Assembly: GCA_018649885.1 (NCBI GenBank)
Contig: JABIHA010000105.1
Span: 1-53,251 of the forward strand
Direction of reading: 5' to 3'
DNA: 53,251 nucleotides
Source of the DNA: Bacteriovoracaceae bacterium
GTDB taxonomy: Bacteria > Bdellovibrionota > Bacteriovoracia > Bacteriovoracales > Bacteriovoracaceae
The notes under the pieces are model-generated. The model was not told the DNA's origin and ran no database searches. It saw only the letters and a program-made list of their open reading frames with translations. Numbering within the stretch: position 1 is the stretch's first letter; each line of letters begins with the position of its first letter. Made by a program: the position numbers and the translations under genes. Shown here one piece after another: positions 1 to 8,981 of the stretch.

Positions 1-244
1 CAATGGCGTGAACTCCTACATCCCAGCTGTAGCCTTTTCTTGTAAACATATGGGTGTAGCCACCTGGAAGGTAGTGTTGTTCTAGAACTAAAACCTTCTT
101 TCCATACTTGGCAAGGGCAGTGGCACAGCACATCCCTCCCATTCCTGAGCCGATGACAATTGCATCAAAGTGAGTTTCACCTGAGCGTTTGCCGATCATT
201 TTATAGACTTTTTTTCCCGCAATATTGGGTAAGATATCAACCAT
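1..244 (-). CDS. FAD-dependent oxidoreductase, phytoene desaturase/retinol saturase family (5' part; runs off window start)
   Basis: Not in ORF track. Manual translation from ATG at 244: MVDILPNIAGKKVYKMIGKRSGETHFDAIVIGSGMGGMCCATALAKYGKKVLVLEQHYLPGGYTHMFTRKGYSWDVGVHAI. Has the GxGxxG Rossmann motif plus LEQH..PGG..H.F.R.GY.WDVG.H; GGGGG RBS upstream. Confidence 0.88.
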   Translation of the reverse strand, partial: MVDILPNIAGKKVYKMIGKRSGETHFDAIVIGSGMGGMCCATALAKYGKKVLVLEQHYLPGGYTHMFTRKGYSWDVGVHAI

Positions 245-265
245 GATTTTCCCCCACTAGTTGTG

Positions 266-313
266 TACTCGCGTGGTCAAGGTCTTTACTTGAAAACCTT
301 GACCATGCGAGTA
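266..313. repeat. 18-bp inverted repeat / hairpin in divergent intergenic region
   Basis: tactcgcgtggtcaaggt (266-283) pairs with accttgaccatgcgagta (296-313); one G-T wobble, 12-nt loop. Confidence 0.8.
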
Positions 314-589
314 TTAACATCCTGTTTATTAATAAAAATTTAACATGTTTGCTGAATTTAGGGGAGGCTTTAAACCTTAATTCTTCATTAAAAAACCAAG
401 TAACTTAAACAGTTATAGCTGCTTTGAAACACAGCTTTTTTACACGAAGTTTGAAAATAATTCTCAAATTATTTTAGGTGTATAAAAGATCGACACTTTT
501 TTTTTGCAAAACGGCTCATAAGGGCTGTCAATCTTACTCGGTGGGCGTTCTAGTCAGTTGATTACTCAGAAATTTAGTAAAATTGTGCC

Positions 590-3500
590 ATGAATATAAA
601 ACTATTTTTACCGTTTTTTATAAAAGCGGCCCTATTTGTTTGCGTTGTGATTTCATCTTCTTGTACTCAAAAAAGAGCTGAAGAGTTTGTCCAAGGTGGT
701 GGTGAAAACCTCACTGAGCTGTCGGCTTATCAAGGACATACTTTTGAAGTTGAAACTGGTGAAATTGAAGGAATTACTAAAATCTCAAAAGCAGAGGTAG
801 TAGAAATAGATCCTGAATTAGGCATTAAAAATCACCCTATCGTTAAATTAAAAAAATCACATCCTTTATTAAATGGATTTAATTTTCGAGGAAAACCACA
901 TACTACTTATCAAATTGTCACTTTAATTAATAAAGGGAAGCTCGAAGTTTTTAAATATTGCAAACGTGATGAATTATCAATTCAGGAACTGGGATTTGCA
1001 AGAATTTACAAGTCAGGATTTTTAGTGCCTCTTGTCTATTATCCCGTCGAATTCTTCAGGATTGATCACGTACAAAATGAAAGTGGAGAGGATACACACA
1101 AGAAAAAAGAGTTTTCTGTACCAGGCCTTGATGGAGCATCACATATTAAATTTTCATCAAATTCTCAAATAGAATTTAATAACCTTTATAGTTTAGATGT
1201 TTATCCCAAAACTGTATTAAATTACCAAAACGACTGGTTTTTAAGTGTCACAGTTGTTGAGACCAGCGGTAAAGAAAAGGCATCAACAGGTGCCCACTTA
1301 AGCTATGACTTTAGTTTTAAGGACATTTCTCGTGTAAAGATAAATCCAGTAAAAGATGGGATTTCCATAGTAAGTTTAAATAAAGATAACAAGATTAAAG
1401 TGGAAGGACTAGATGCTGACGTTTTGATCTATCTACCTGTTGATAGGCTGAAATATAAAACCATAGATGGCGAACGAGTGGTTTTTCAAAGCGGTAGTAG
1501 TGAGAATGCTTGGAAATCATTTCATTTTATGAAAATAAATTTTGATAAAATTGTTGCTTATTTTTTAGAAGGTGAAGAGGAAGATCAATCTCAATTACAT
1601 TACACTCAAAGAGATCGAGGGATATCTTTAGATAGTAATCAAATAACGAGTCTCGAGCTAAGTCCGGATTATATTTCTTTTAATATTAAATCCGAGAAAG
1701 ACAAAGCCGTGTTTAAGGTCTCGCTAAAGAAGGCCCATCCCCAAAAAGCTCCGCGGATCTATTTTGAAGAAGATCTAAAAAAATATGGATTTTTTGTAAC
1801 AAGTCCAGATGTCATTCAAGATCATCACATGGTCTACAAAGAAAATTTTGATGGCAATAGGTATTTAAGCCGTTTTATGCCAGATAATGGAAAAATTATT
1901 TATCACTTTTCCAAAAACTCACCTAAGGGAAAACTGAGAGATGTCGCCATTAAGTCAATTCGTGCATGGGACCAGGCTTTTATAGATGCTAAAACTGGAA
2001 TTCGTGTTGAAGTAGACGAAGACCATGATGTGGCACTAGGGGACGTCAGATACAATGTCATTAATATAGTTGATTCTGATGTTCAAGAAGCTTGGCTTCT
2101 AGGTTATGGCCCAAGTTTAACAGACCATCTCTCTGGTGAAATTATATCGGCTACATCCAATCTCTATGCAGGGCCTATGAAGCAAATTTTAATTGGAACA
2201 TTACAAGATTATATCCTCTCAGAGTTGCACAACCTAGGAGACCAGAAAAGTATGGTAACTCCAACAGGCCAGCTAGTAAATAACTTCAATACCAATACAA
2301 GTAGCCTTGTTGATTATAGCAATTCTCACCAGGTTATTGGAAGTCCTTATCACATGACCACCTATTTGGTCCCGAATGGAGACCTCACACCAAAGCAATA
2401 TGAAAGTAGATCAAGTGGAGAGTTTCTTACAAATAACCAATTTAAAATCATTACTAAAGAGAGGGGCAAAAAACAACAAAGATTAAGAGGGAGACCTGCC
2501 TTTGATTACTCGGTAGAAAGTGAGAAAAAAAGTGGCAGTTGCAATTTTGCTATTTCACAAAAAAGCTTCATTGAAAAAGTGAAGGGAAATTGTGATGAGC
2601 TGGGAAGGGCGATTAAAAGTGCTAAAAAATCAAATAGAACGAGACTTTCAAATAGAGTGACACTTCTTGAAACTTGCGCTGAAAAATTAGTTCCTGAAAT
2701 GGCCCTCGCCACACTTGTCCATGAGATGGGACACAATTTTGGTCTTAGACATAATTTCGCAGGCTCGACAGATAAAGACAATTTTTACCCCAAGGAAAAG
2801 ACTAATGGTATTAGTGTTGAGTCTTCTACTGTGATGGAGTATAGCAGCTCTAGTGCAGAAGAATTAGAAATTCCCGGAAGTTATGACGTCGAGGCTCTAA
2901 GGTTTGGTTATGCTAATGCAATTACGCCTAAAGTCGGCGAGGTAAGGCCACTTAAGCTCGATAGAAACTTAGAAGAACAAGGTTTTGAAATAAAGAAATT
3001 TAAATTTTGTACAGATCAAGATGTAATGATGAGATCAACTATGTGTGATCGTTTTGACAAGGGTGTAACATCACTTGAAGTTGTGGACGACTTGATTCTC
3101 ACTTTTAATTCAAGATACCTACTTCGCTACCAACGACTGGGAAGAAAAAGATCTCTTCCATGGTGGTGGCTTAACTATATAAATTCCATGACCGTCTATC
3201 ATAAGATGAAGTCTATTTATGATGATTGGAGAAATAAGCTCTACGAGTTTATGGGTAAAGAAGATAAGTACCTTGTTGGCATGAGTACTGAGGACTTTCA
3301 GGCCACTCTTGATAAAATGAAGGCCGATGAAAAATATGGACCTATTTATGAGAATTATAGGCCTGCAGTAGAGAAAATATTTGATTTTCTTACCAATCTA
3401 GTAAAAACCCCTGATCAGTTTTGTTTGGTTAGTGGGGGGAGTGGTAATGAGTTTATTCGCTTTTCTAAAGTAAGGGCGAGAGTTTTAGCAGAAAAAGGTC

Positions 3501-5077
3501 AGTCCATTGTAAAGTGTGACCACGAACTGGCCCAAAGCTATTTTGCAGAAAATCAAATGGTACTACTTGATGAATTGGGGCTCCCTCGGTTTAATTTCAT
3601 CAATGAGGATAATTTAGAAGAGCTAGATCCAGCTGTTGACCAAGTCGGGCTAATCGCTGAACAGCTTAGTGCCATGGTCGTTTTATCAGAAAGATTCTAT
3701 TTTACTTCTATGAACAATTGGCAGCGTGATTTTGCGCCAAGCTTTATGGATGAGCCTATCTTCAAAGCAAAGATCAAATCATATATGCTCGAAAGGTTCA
3801 CTGAAGGTATTAACCCTAAAGGATTTGATTACAAAACAAAAGAAATCTCTCATAGTGTGAGTCTTGCACCTCATTTAACTGAATACAGTAAAGATAAATC
3901 CTATTTTGACTGGATTTTTAGAATATTCAAATGGGGACTTTATATTCCAGATACCTTTAAAGGTACTCTCGACAACCTGGCTCCATACCAATTTAATTAC
4001 GAAAGAATGGAGCAGGCAGCAGATGAGCACGATGTTTCTTACAAAATTAAAGGCTCTGATTTATATCTCGTTGCAGATAGTGAAAATGACTTTGCTAAAA
4101 CTATATTGGAGCGAGCGATCGAAGTTAGAGATTTACTAGAAGAAAATACTTCTGAAGAAAAACAAGGTGGAATGAACTCTGGTGAATATTCCGTTAAAGA
4201 TCATGAACGTGAATTTGGATCACCTCTCGATAGAGAAAGTGAAAAAGAAGAAAGCACGGAGGAAGAGGCAGCTGCTGTTAGTACTGCTGTTCCCACTGCT
4301 ACGAGTCCTACCCCTGAGTTAGCTGTAGAAGAAGTGCAGTTAAGCCCAAGAGAAAAAAGAAGACTCGTAAGAGAGCAAAGAAAAAAAGCTCGTAAAAAGA
4401 AAAAAGAAGCAGGTGGTGAAATCAGCAGCGCCGAGGTTGTTGTTCCTGATGTAGCCTTAATAGATGAAGCAAGCTTACCACCAGAAATAGTTGTTACAGA
4501 AGGCCCTGAGGCTGCAGGTGAACTTCCACCCCTGGCAATAGAAATTGAACCAACGTCAATTGACGAAATAGTTCCCATGGTATTACTACCTTTTCCTGAT
4601 AGGCTGAGAGCTGCTGCTACAAAAGTGGGCATGGGTGAAAACTTTCTTGAATTTAATTCTAGTGTAACAGTTGAGGAATTCATGGAAAGAGTTCAAGAAA
4701 TCGACGGCGGTTCTGAGGAGCAGATTAATAACCCAGAGTTTAAAGATTTTGAAGAAGATGTGAAATTTGCTTTGATGGCGATAATGGCCGAGGAAATTAA
4801 AATTAACACAAAACTACAGTTATTACTTTCTAGAAGTGATTTAAAGTCCGAGGAAATTAAAACTGATGAATTAGAGTCCGAGGCAGAGGCAGATGAAAAA
4901 GAGAGGATTAGAAGACAATATATTATTCGTTTTGCCGATAATAATTATGGTGTAGATTTGGACTTCTCCGTACAAAATTTACTAGAAAGGGTTGAAATCT
5001 ATCTGAAAAATAGATATGAAAAATCTGAAGCAGAGCTTGACTCCCAATTAGATTTTTTCCACTTTCTATTTTTCTAA
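590..5077 (+). CDS. Large lipoprotein zinc-dependent metalloprotease (EcxA/DUF4953-like metzincin)
   Basis: Signal peptide ending ISSSC (lipobox-like); GDVRYNVI and LGYGPS..D..SGEII motifs; HEMGHNFGLRHNF zinc motif; STVMEY Met-turn; FCTD...CDRFD motif; acidic low-complexity C-terminal insert. Confidence 0.85.
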   Translation: MNIKLFLPFFIKAALFVCVVISSSCTQKRAEEFVQGGGENLTELSAYQGHTFEVETGEIEGITKISKAEVVEIDPELGIKNHPIVKLKKSHPLLNGFNFRGKPHTTYQIVTLINKGKLEVFKYCKRDELSIQELGFARIYKSGFLVPLVYYPVEFFRIDHVQNESGEDTHKKKEFSVPGLDGASHIKFSSNSQIEFNNLYSLDVYPKTVLNYQNDWFLSVTVVETSGKEKASTGAHLSYDFSFKDISRVKINPVKDGISIVSLNKDNKIKVEGLDADVLIYLPVDRLKYKTIDGERVVFQSGSSENAWKSFHFMKINFDKIVAYFLEGEEEDQSQLHYTQRDRGISLDSNQITSLELSPDYISFNIKSEKDKAVFKVSLKKAHPQKAPRIYFEEDLKKYGFFVTSPDVIQDHHMVYKENFDGNRYLSRFMPDNGKIIYHFSKNSPKGKLRDVAIKSIRAWDQAFIDAKTGIRVEVDEDHDVALGDVRYNVINIVDSDVQEAWLLGYGPSLTDHLSGEIISATSNLYAGPMKQILIGTLQDYILSELHNLGDQKSMVTPTGQLVNNFNTNTSSLVDYSNSHQVIGSPYHMTTYLVPNGDLTPKQYESRSSGEFLTNNQFKIITKERGKKQQRLRGRPAFDYSVESEKKSGSCNFAISQKSFIEKVKGNCDELGRAIKSAKKSNRTRLSNRVTLLETCAEKLVPEMALATLVHEMGHNFGLRHNFAGSTDKDNFYPKEKTNGISVESSTVMEYSSSSAEELEIPGSYDVEALRFGYANAITPKVGEVRPLKLDRNLEEQGFEIKKFKFCTDQDVMMRSTMCDRFDKGVTSLEVVDDLILTFNSRYLLRYQRLGRKRSLPWWWLNYINSMTVYHKMKSIYDDWRNKLYEFMGKEDKYLVGMSTEDFQATLDKMKADEKYGPIYENYRPAVEKIFDFLTNLVKTPDQFCLVSGGSGNEFIRFSKVRARVLAEKGQSIVKCDHELAQSYFAENQMVLLDELGLPRFNFINEDNLEELDPAVDQVGLIAEQLSAMVVLSERFYFTSMNNWQRDFAPSFMDEPIFKAKIKSYMLERFTEGINPKGFDYKTKEISHSVSLAPHLTEYSKDKSYFDWIFRIFKWGLYIPDTFKGTLDNLAPYQFNYERMEQAADEHDVSYKIKGSDLYLVADSENDFAKTILERAIEVRDLLEENTSEEKQGGMNSGEYSVKDHEREFGSPLDRESEKEESTEEEAAAVSTAVPTATSPTPELAVEEVQLSPREKRRLVREQRKKARKKKKEAGGEISSAEVVVPDVALIDEASLPPEIVVTEGPEAAGELPPLAIEIEPTSIDEIVPMVLLPFPDRLRAAATKVGMGENFLEFNSSVTVEEFMERVQEIDGGSEEQINNPEFKDFEEDVKFALMAIMAEEIKINTKLQLLLSRSDLKSEEIKTDELESEAEADEKERIRRQYIIRFADNNYGVDLDFSVQNLLERVEIYLKNRYEKSEAELDSQLDFFHFLFF

Positions 5078-5083
5078 TATGGT

Positions 5084-5854
5084 CTATATATAAGGGAAGC
5101 CGTAGGTGCTTTTGAGAAGCTCTATAATAGAAGAGCCACCTTTTTGCATAGGACTTTGAATAAACATTCCCTGGTTAATATAAAACTGATCAGGGGTCAC
5201 TTGTTTTGCATCATAAAAGAATTGAAATGAGTAATACTCACTAGTCATTTTTCTAGATAAAATAGTGAGATCTTCAAGGCCATCACAATTTGGGCAATTG
5301 AGACTTAGAGTTCTTACGCGGTAAGGTTGTGATCCACTATCAAAGTGTGCATCGCGAACCTTGACGATCACATTTTCTGATGGATACTCAACTGTACCTA
5401 CAACTCCACTTGCATATTTCTTTGTTCGCACTATCAGGAAATTATCAAAAATCCTCAGCTCATAATAATCATACTCACTGGGTTTTCCGAGTTTAAAATC
5501 AAATAAATCAGAGTCTTTACTGGCCTTGATTCCAGACTTGGATCTTTTCAAGACGATTTTTACATGATTTCCATCTCCCGATATGGAGATGTATTCCCAA
5601 ATTGTGTTTTTGTCTTTGATTACTCGCTTAATACAAAGTGTGAAGACCCTGCCGTACCGGTCATACTCCCGACATAGATTACCTTTATAGCGGATAATCG
5701 AATCGGCCTTATATTGAGCAAGATATTGTGGAAAATTTGTGAATAAGTCGTGAGCAAGGGAGTCAACTGAAAATATTTGTGATGGGAAATATTCATCACT
5801 TAATGATGGCGCTGAATACGATAGAATGAGTAGACATATTACAACTATTTTCAT
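5084..5854 (-). CDS. Secreted hypothetical protein (apparent paralog of 5854-6855)
   Basis: 256-aa ORF with Sec signal peptide; TAATG stop/start coupling with upstream gene; CPNC motif. Confidence 0.75.
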   Translation of the reverse strand: MKIVVICLLILSYSAPSLSDEYFPSQIFSVDSLAHDLFTNFPQYLAQYKADSIIRYKGNLCREYDRYGRVFTLCIKRVIKDKNTIWEYISISGDGNHVKIVLKRSKSGIKASKDSDLFDFKLGKPSEYDYYELRIFDNFLIVRTKKYASGVVGTVEYPSENVIVKVRDAHFDSGSQPYRVRTLSLNCPNCDGLEDLTILSRKMTSEYYSFQFFYDAKQVTPDQFYINQGMFIQSPMQKGGSSIIELLKSTYGFPYI

Positions 5855-6855
5855 TAGTGCTCACGATTATCAGTGTATTCCAGCTTCTTCGTTTCAATGG
5901 CCTCAATATATCCAAGTACCATATTTTTAACTTCTATCAGATTTTCCCCACTTAAAAGTAGGGTATACATAAGTTTTAATTCTTGAAGAAATCGACCATT
6001 TTGATCCACGGGCGCTGATGACTGTGTGCTTGGAAAATCTGAAATATGATTTTCTACAAAATCTTCAACTTTCTTTATGGTTTTCTCAATAATATAGGTA
6101 TTCAAAACCTGATTAAATGAATTTTGCGACAGCTCCGGAGAGTTGTAGCCAATATAGTCGATTCTGCCTTTTGGAGACTTAAAAATATTGGCCTTAAGGC
6201 CCCAGTTTCCCCACTGCCTGCTGATTGAATTACCTTCGTAGGAAACGCTGTAGGGGTGGAATACAAAGCTTACCTGTGTCAGGGCCGCATGATCAAAGGA
6301 ATTAATTGTGAGAAACTGCTCTGATTTGATCGAAAATTTGTAAAAGGTATTTTTTTTGTCATCCTTTCTACCGACCATGGAAAATAACTCAACAGAGTTG
6401 TGATCTTTGAGAGAATAAATTTTTAGATTTTCTTTATCCGTAAGAGGGAAGCTTCTTTTGGCCTTGATAAAATTGGCCCTTGTATTGTATTTTAAGTCTT
6501 TACCGTGGGTAATGATTGTTTCTGTATAAGTTAGCTTTCCTCCACATCCATAGTAAAAGACGACCTCTCTTATTCCCTTTGGGATTTTACTATTAACTCT
6601 TCTTAGTTGGGCGAGTGTTTCACCAGCTTGGTAGGTTCTATCTTTACACCAGACGGATTCCGTGGAAGTAAAGGTCAAAAAATCCTCACTTCCTGTTTGG
6701 ATGTAGTTTTCAGAAAGTTTACGGGCCTTATCTTCTAGAACAGTCCTGAAGGTTTTAATCATTGTGTCTATACTTAAAATTGAGCTAGGAAGTGGCAAAG
6801 GAGCTGCGTAGAGCCCCTTAGTCATAAGTAAAATTAGAACAATAGATGCCCTCAT
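5854..6855 (-). CDS. Secreted hypothetical protein
   Basis: 333-aa ORF, signal peptide (LYA-A), TAATG coupling on both sides. Confidence 0.78.
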   Translation of the reverse strand: MRASIVLILLMTKGLYAAPLPLPSSILSIDTMIKTFRTVLEDKARKLSENYIQTGSEDFLTFTSTESVWCKDRTYQAGETLAQLRRVNSKIPKGIREVVFYYGCGGKLTYTETIITHGKDLKYNTRANFIKAKRSFPLTDKENLKIYSLKDHNSVELFSMVGRKDDKKNTFYKFSIKSEQFLTINSFDHAALTQVSFVFHPYSVSYEGNSISRQWGNWGLKANIFKSPKGRIDYIGYNSPELSQNSFNQVLNTYIIEKTIKKVEDFVENHISDFPSTQSSAPVDQNGRFLQELKLMYTLLLSGENLIEVKNMVLGYIEAIETKKLEYTDNREH

Positions 6856-8282
6856 TAATCGATGTCCATAAATTTCATATTTGTTGGATTAAAGTATAGT
6901 GTATGAGTCACTTCTTCAGTTTTTGATTTTTTGTGAGGAGAGAATTTTTTAAGAGTAACCTCAATTTCAAAGTAACTCTTGGCGAAGTACTTATTTTGAA
7001 TTCCTTTAAATTCCAACCCTGTTGTCATCAAGTTTTGAAGCTCTAAAATGGTCTCAAGTTTCATGCCGCCACCTTTTACTTCTATCTCAACATCTTTTGT
7101 AATATTTTTCTTAGTGGCAAATGCTGAATCAACAGTGAAACCTAATTTTAAATCTCCCGTCATTGTTTTAAAAACATAGGGCTTGATATTTCCTAAGGCC
7201 TGATTGAGTGAGAATTTATTTTCAGAAAGCTCAGCTACTGCACTCTCTGGAAGTTTTCCATGCTCTTTAATTTCGGCCATCTTTTCTGATTCTTCGATGA
7301 ATTTGTCAAAGCTAACAGGCTCTGCAGTTAAAGAAATCATCAATTTATTGAAGTACTTCTCCTTGCTTTTTCCTATCATAGAAAAGCCAAAGCTCTTTGA
7401 TTTACTTGTAAATGTATTTTTAGCTGAAAATAAAAGAGTCGATACACCTTTTGCTAAATAAAGCTCTTCTCTACTGAAAGATAGCTTTGTTACTCTATCT
7501 TCAATGACCTCTCCTAAAACCCCATAATTCATACTGTATGAATCAATTTTTAATAGATTTTCAGAGGCCTCTGATATTTGGACAGTCCCATTTAGAGAGA
7601 TTCCCACTTCTTCAGTTGCGGAGCCTGTGGAGCTAGTTTCGACATAGTTATTTGTGACTCTTGAAAAATTAATGCTGTCACCATTTGGAATTAAAAGTAT
7701 CAATTGATCAATTTGTACAACCTCACCCTTTGTCTTTTGATGAAATAAAATTGAAGAGAGAAAGTCGGTACCTAAATTGAGCTCTGGGCTTAAGACTGAG
7801 AGAAGGTCCGGGTTTTTGGCCCCCGTAAAAATAGCTGCTGCAGTTCCAAGGGCATTGGAAGGTGAGGCCTGGATATCAGAAACGGCACTTTCTGTTAGTC
7901 TGTATACATCAATGACAATTTTGACTAAATCATTGGATGAGAATTTTTTAAATGTATCGAGAAGTGGGATTAGTGAGATAAGTCTGGTTCGGTCTTCTTT
8001 TTTCTCAAGCCAAAAAGTTAGCTCCTGTCCATCTGCGTGTAAAACATCATCAATATTAACAGTGGCAAAGGTGCCTCCTGAGAACATGACTGTACTGAGT
8101 TTACTCTTAAGCTTAGAGGCAGAAATATTTTGAGTTACATATAAACAATAATTTAAATCTTTAGTTCCACTTGCTCCGTCATGGCAGCTGACTTTGCCTG
8201 GTGGCTTGAGTAGAGGGGTATCTGAAAATGCTGAGCTAACCATGATTAATGACGCTGAGCATAGTAAAAAAAACATTTTCAT
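6855..8282 (-). CDS. Secreted protein, divergent secretin-like (one N3-like domain, secretin-core-like region, C-terminal extension)
   Basis: Signal peptide (AFS-D); AGGAG RBS. YVTQNISASKLKSKL...RLISLIPLLD..LVKIVIDV resembles a secretin N3-to-core junction; LIPNGDSINF and EEVGISLNGTVQI resemble secretin core motifs. Confidence 0.6.
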   Translation of the reverse strand: MKMFFLLCSASLIMVSSAFSDTPLLKPPGKVSCHDGASGTKDLNYCLYVTQNISASKLKSKLSTVMFSGGTFATVNIDDVLHADGQELTFWLEKKEDRTRLISLIPLLDTFKKFSSNDLVKIVIDVYRLTESAVSDIQASPSNALGTAAAIFTGAKNPDLLSVLSPELNLGTDFLSSILFHQKTKGEVVQIDQLILLIPNGDSINFSRVTNNYVETSSTGSATEEVGISLNGTVQISEASENLLKIDSYSMNYGVLGEVIEDRVTKLSFSREELYLAKGVSTLLFSAKNTFTSKSKSFGFSMIGKSKEKYFNKLMISLTAEPVSFDKFIEESEKMAEIKEHGKLPESAVAELSENKFSLNQALGNIKPYVFKTMTGDLKLGFTVDSAFATKKNITKDVEIEVKGGGMKLETILELQNLMTTGLEFKGIQNKYFAKSYFEIEVTLKKFSPHKKSKTEEVTHTLYFNPTNMKFMDID

Positions 8283-8314
8283 GCTTATTCTCCTATAGAT
8301 GATATTGTGCGGCT

Positions 8315-8343
8315 AAAATATTAACTGGGACGGGGTATGTCAA
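8315..8343 (-). promoter_or_regulatory. sigma70-type promoter for the 8282-5084 operon
   Basis: Minus strand TTGACA-N17-TATTTT, about 30 nt upstream of the ATG. Confidence 0.5.
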
Positions 8344-8420
8344 ATGACGAATGTCAATTATTGTTACAAATCTTTGATTATTGTTTCAATTGCTGTCACG
8401 CAAGTCTTTGGCTTGCAGCT

Positions 8421-8864
8421 TCATTTGTTATGTGGAAAATGCGCAATGAGTTGAATGTGGTCTTTAGTGCTTAAGAAATGACTTTGCGCGTATTCGGCAA
8501 GCTTGCGATAATCTGTTTTTAGGAGTCGGGCCAGCTCTCTTAGATACTCCCCCTGGCCCATACTCATTTCAAATTGAAGAAATTCCCAATTTCTTTCGGC
8601 AAAATACAGTGCTTTTCTGTCTTTTTTGACGATTTGATGTTTTCTACAGCCCGACGTTCCTGAGCTAATGCCAAAGAGTTGAGTGGAAATGATGTGATTG
8701 GTTGAATAGCGGCATGTGAGTGAGAAGACAGTTGAGTCCTTCATTACATATTGCCCAGCCCCACAGCCAACATTGGTATCGGGGATAATTTTCTCTTTTT
8801 TCTTATAGAATGCAGCATTTGCAGAGAAAATCGCGAAACATAAAATTATCATGGTCAGTCTCAT
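8421..8864 (-). CDS. DUF3015-family secreted protein
   Basis: GCGAG and QLFGISSGTSGC motifs, GQGEYL helix. Start moved to ATG 8864, which gives signal peptide MRLTMIILCFAIFSANA. Confidence 0.8.
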   Translation of the reverse strand: MRLTMIILCFAIFSANAAFYKKKEKIIPDTNVGCGAGQYVMKDSTVFSLTCRYSTNHIISTQLFGISSGTSGCRKHQIVKKDRKALYFAERNWEFLQFEMSMGQGEYLRELARLLKTDYRKLAEYAQSHFLSTKDHIQLIAHFPHNK

Positions 8865-8941
8865 AGCAAAAATTGTACGGCCAAGCGCATAGGGCTGCCA
8901 AGGCGCATTTGTCACCGCCAGACTTTCTTTTTTAAGCCATT

Positions 8942-8965
8942 CCAGGTACAAAACCAGGTACAAAA
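8942..8965 (+). repeat. Perfect 12-bp tandem direct repeat (ccaggtacaaaa x2) upstream of the guaB-like gene
   Basis: Directly visible; ends 16 nt before ATG 8982. Confidence 0.8.
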
Positions 8966-8981
8966 CTAGCGAGGAACAAAC

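Noticed and set aside
4201..4683. 160-aa antisense ORF, and similar shadow ORFs inside gspD, gspE, glnA and others
   Set aside because: Antisense to well-supported genes, with the Ser/Leu/Phe-rich composition typical of shadow frames
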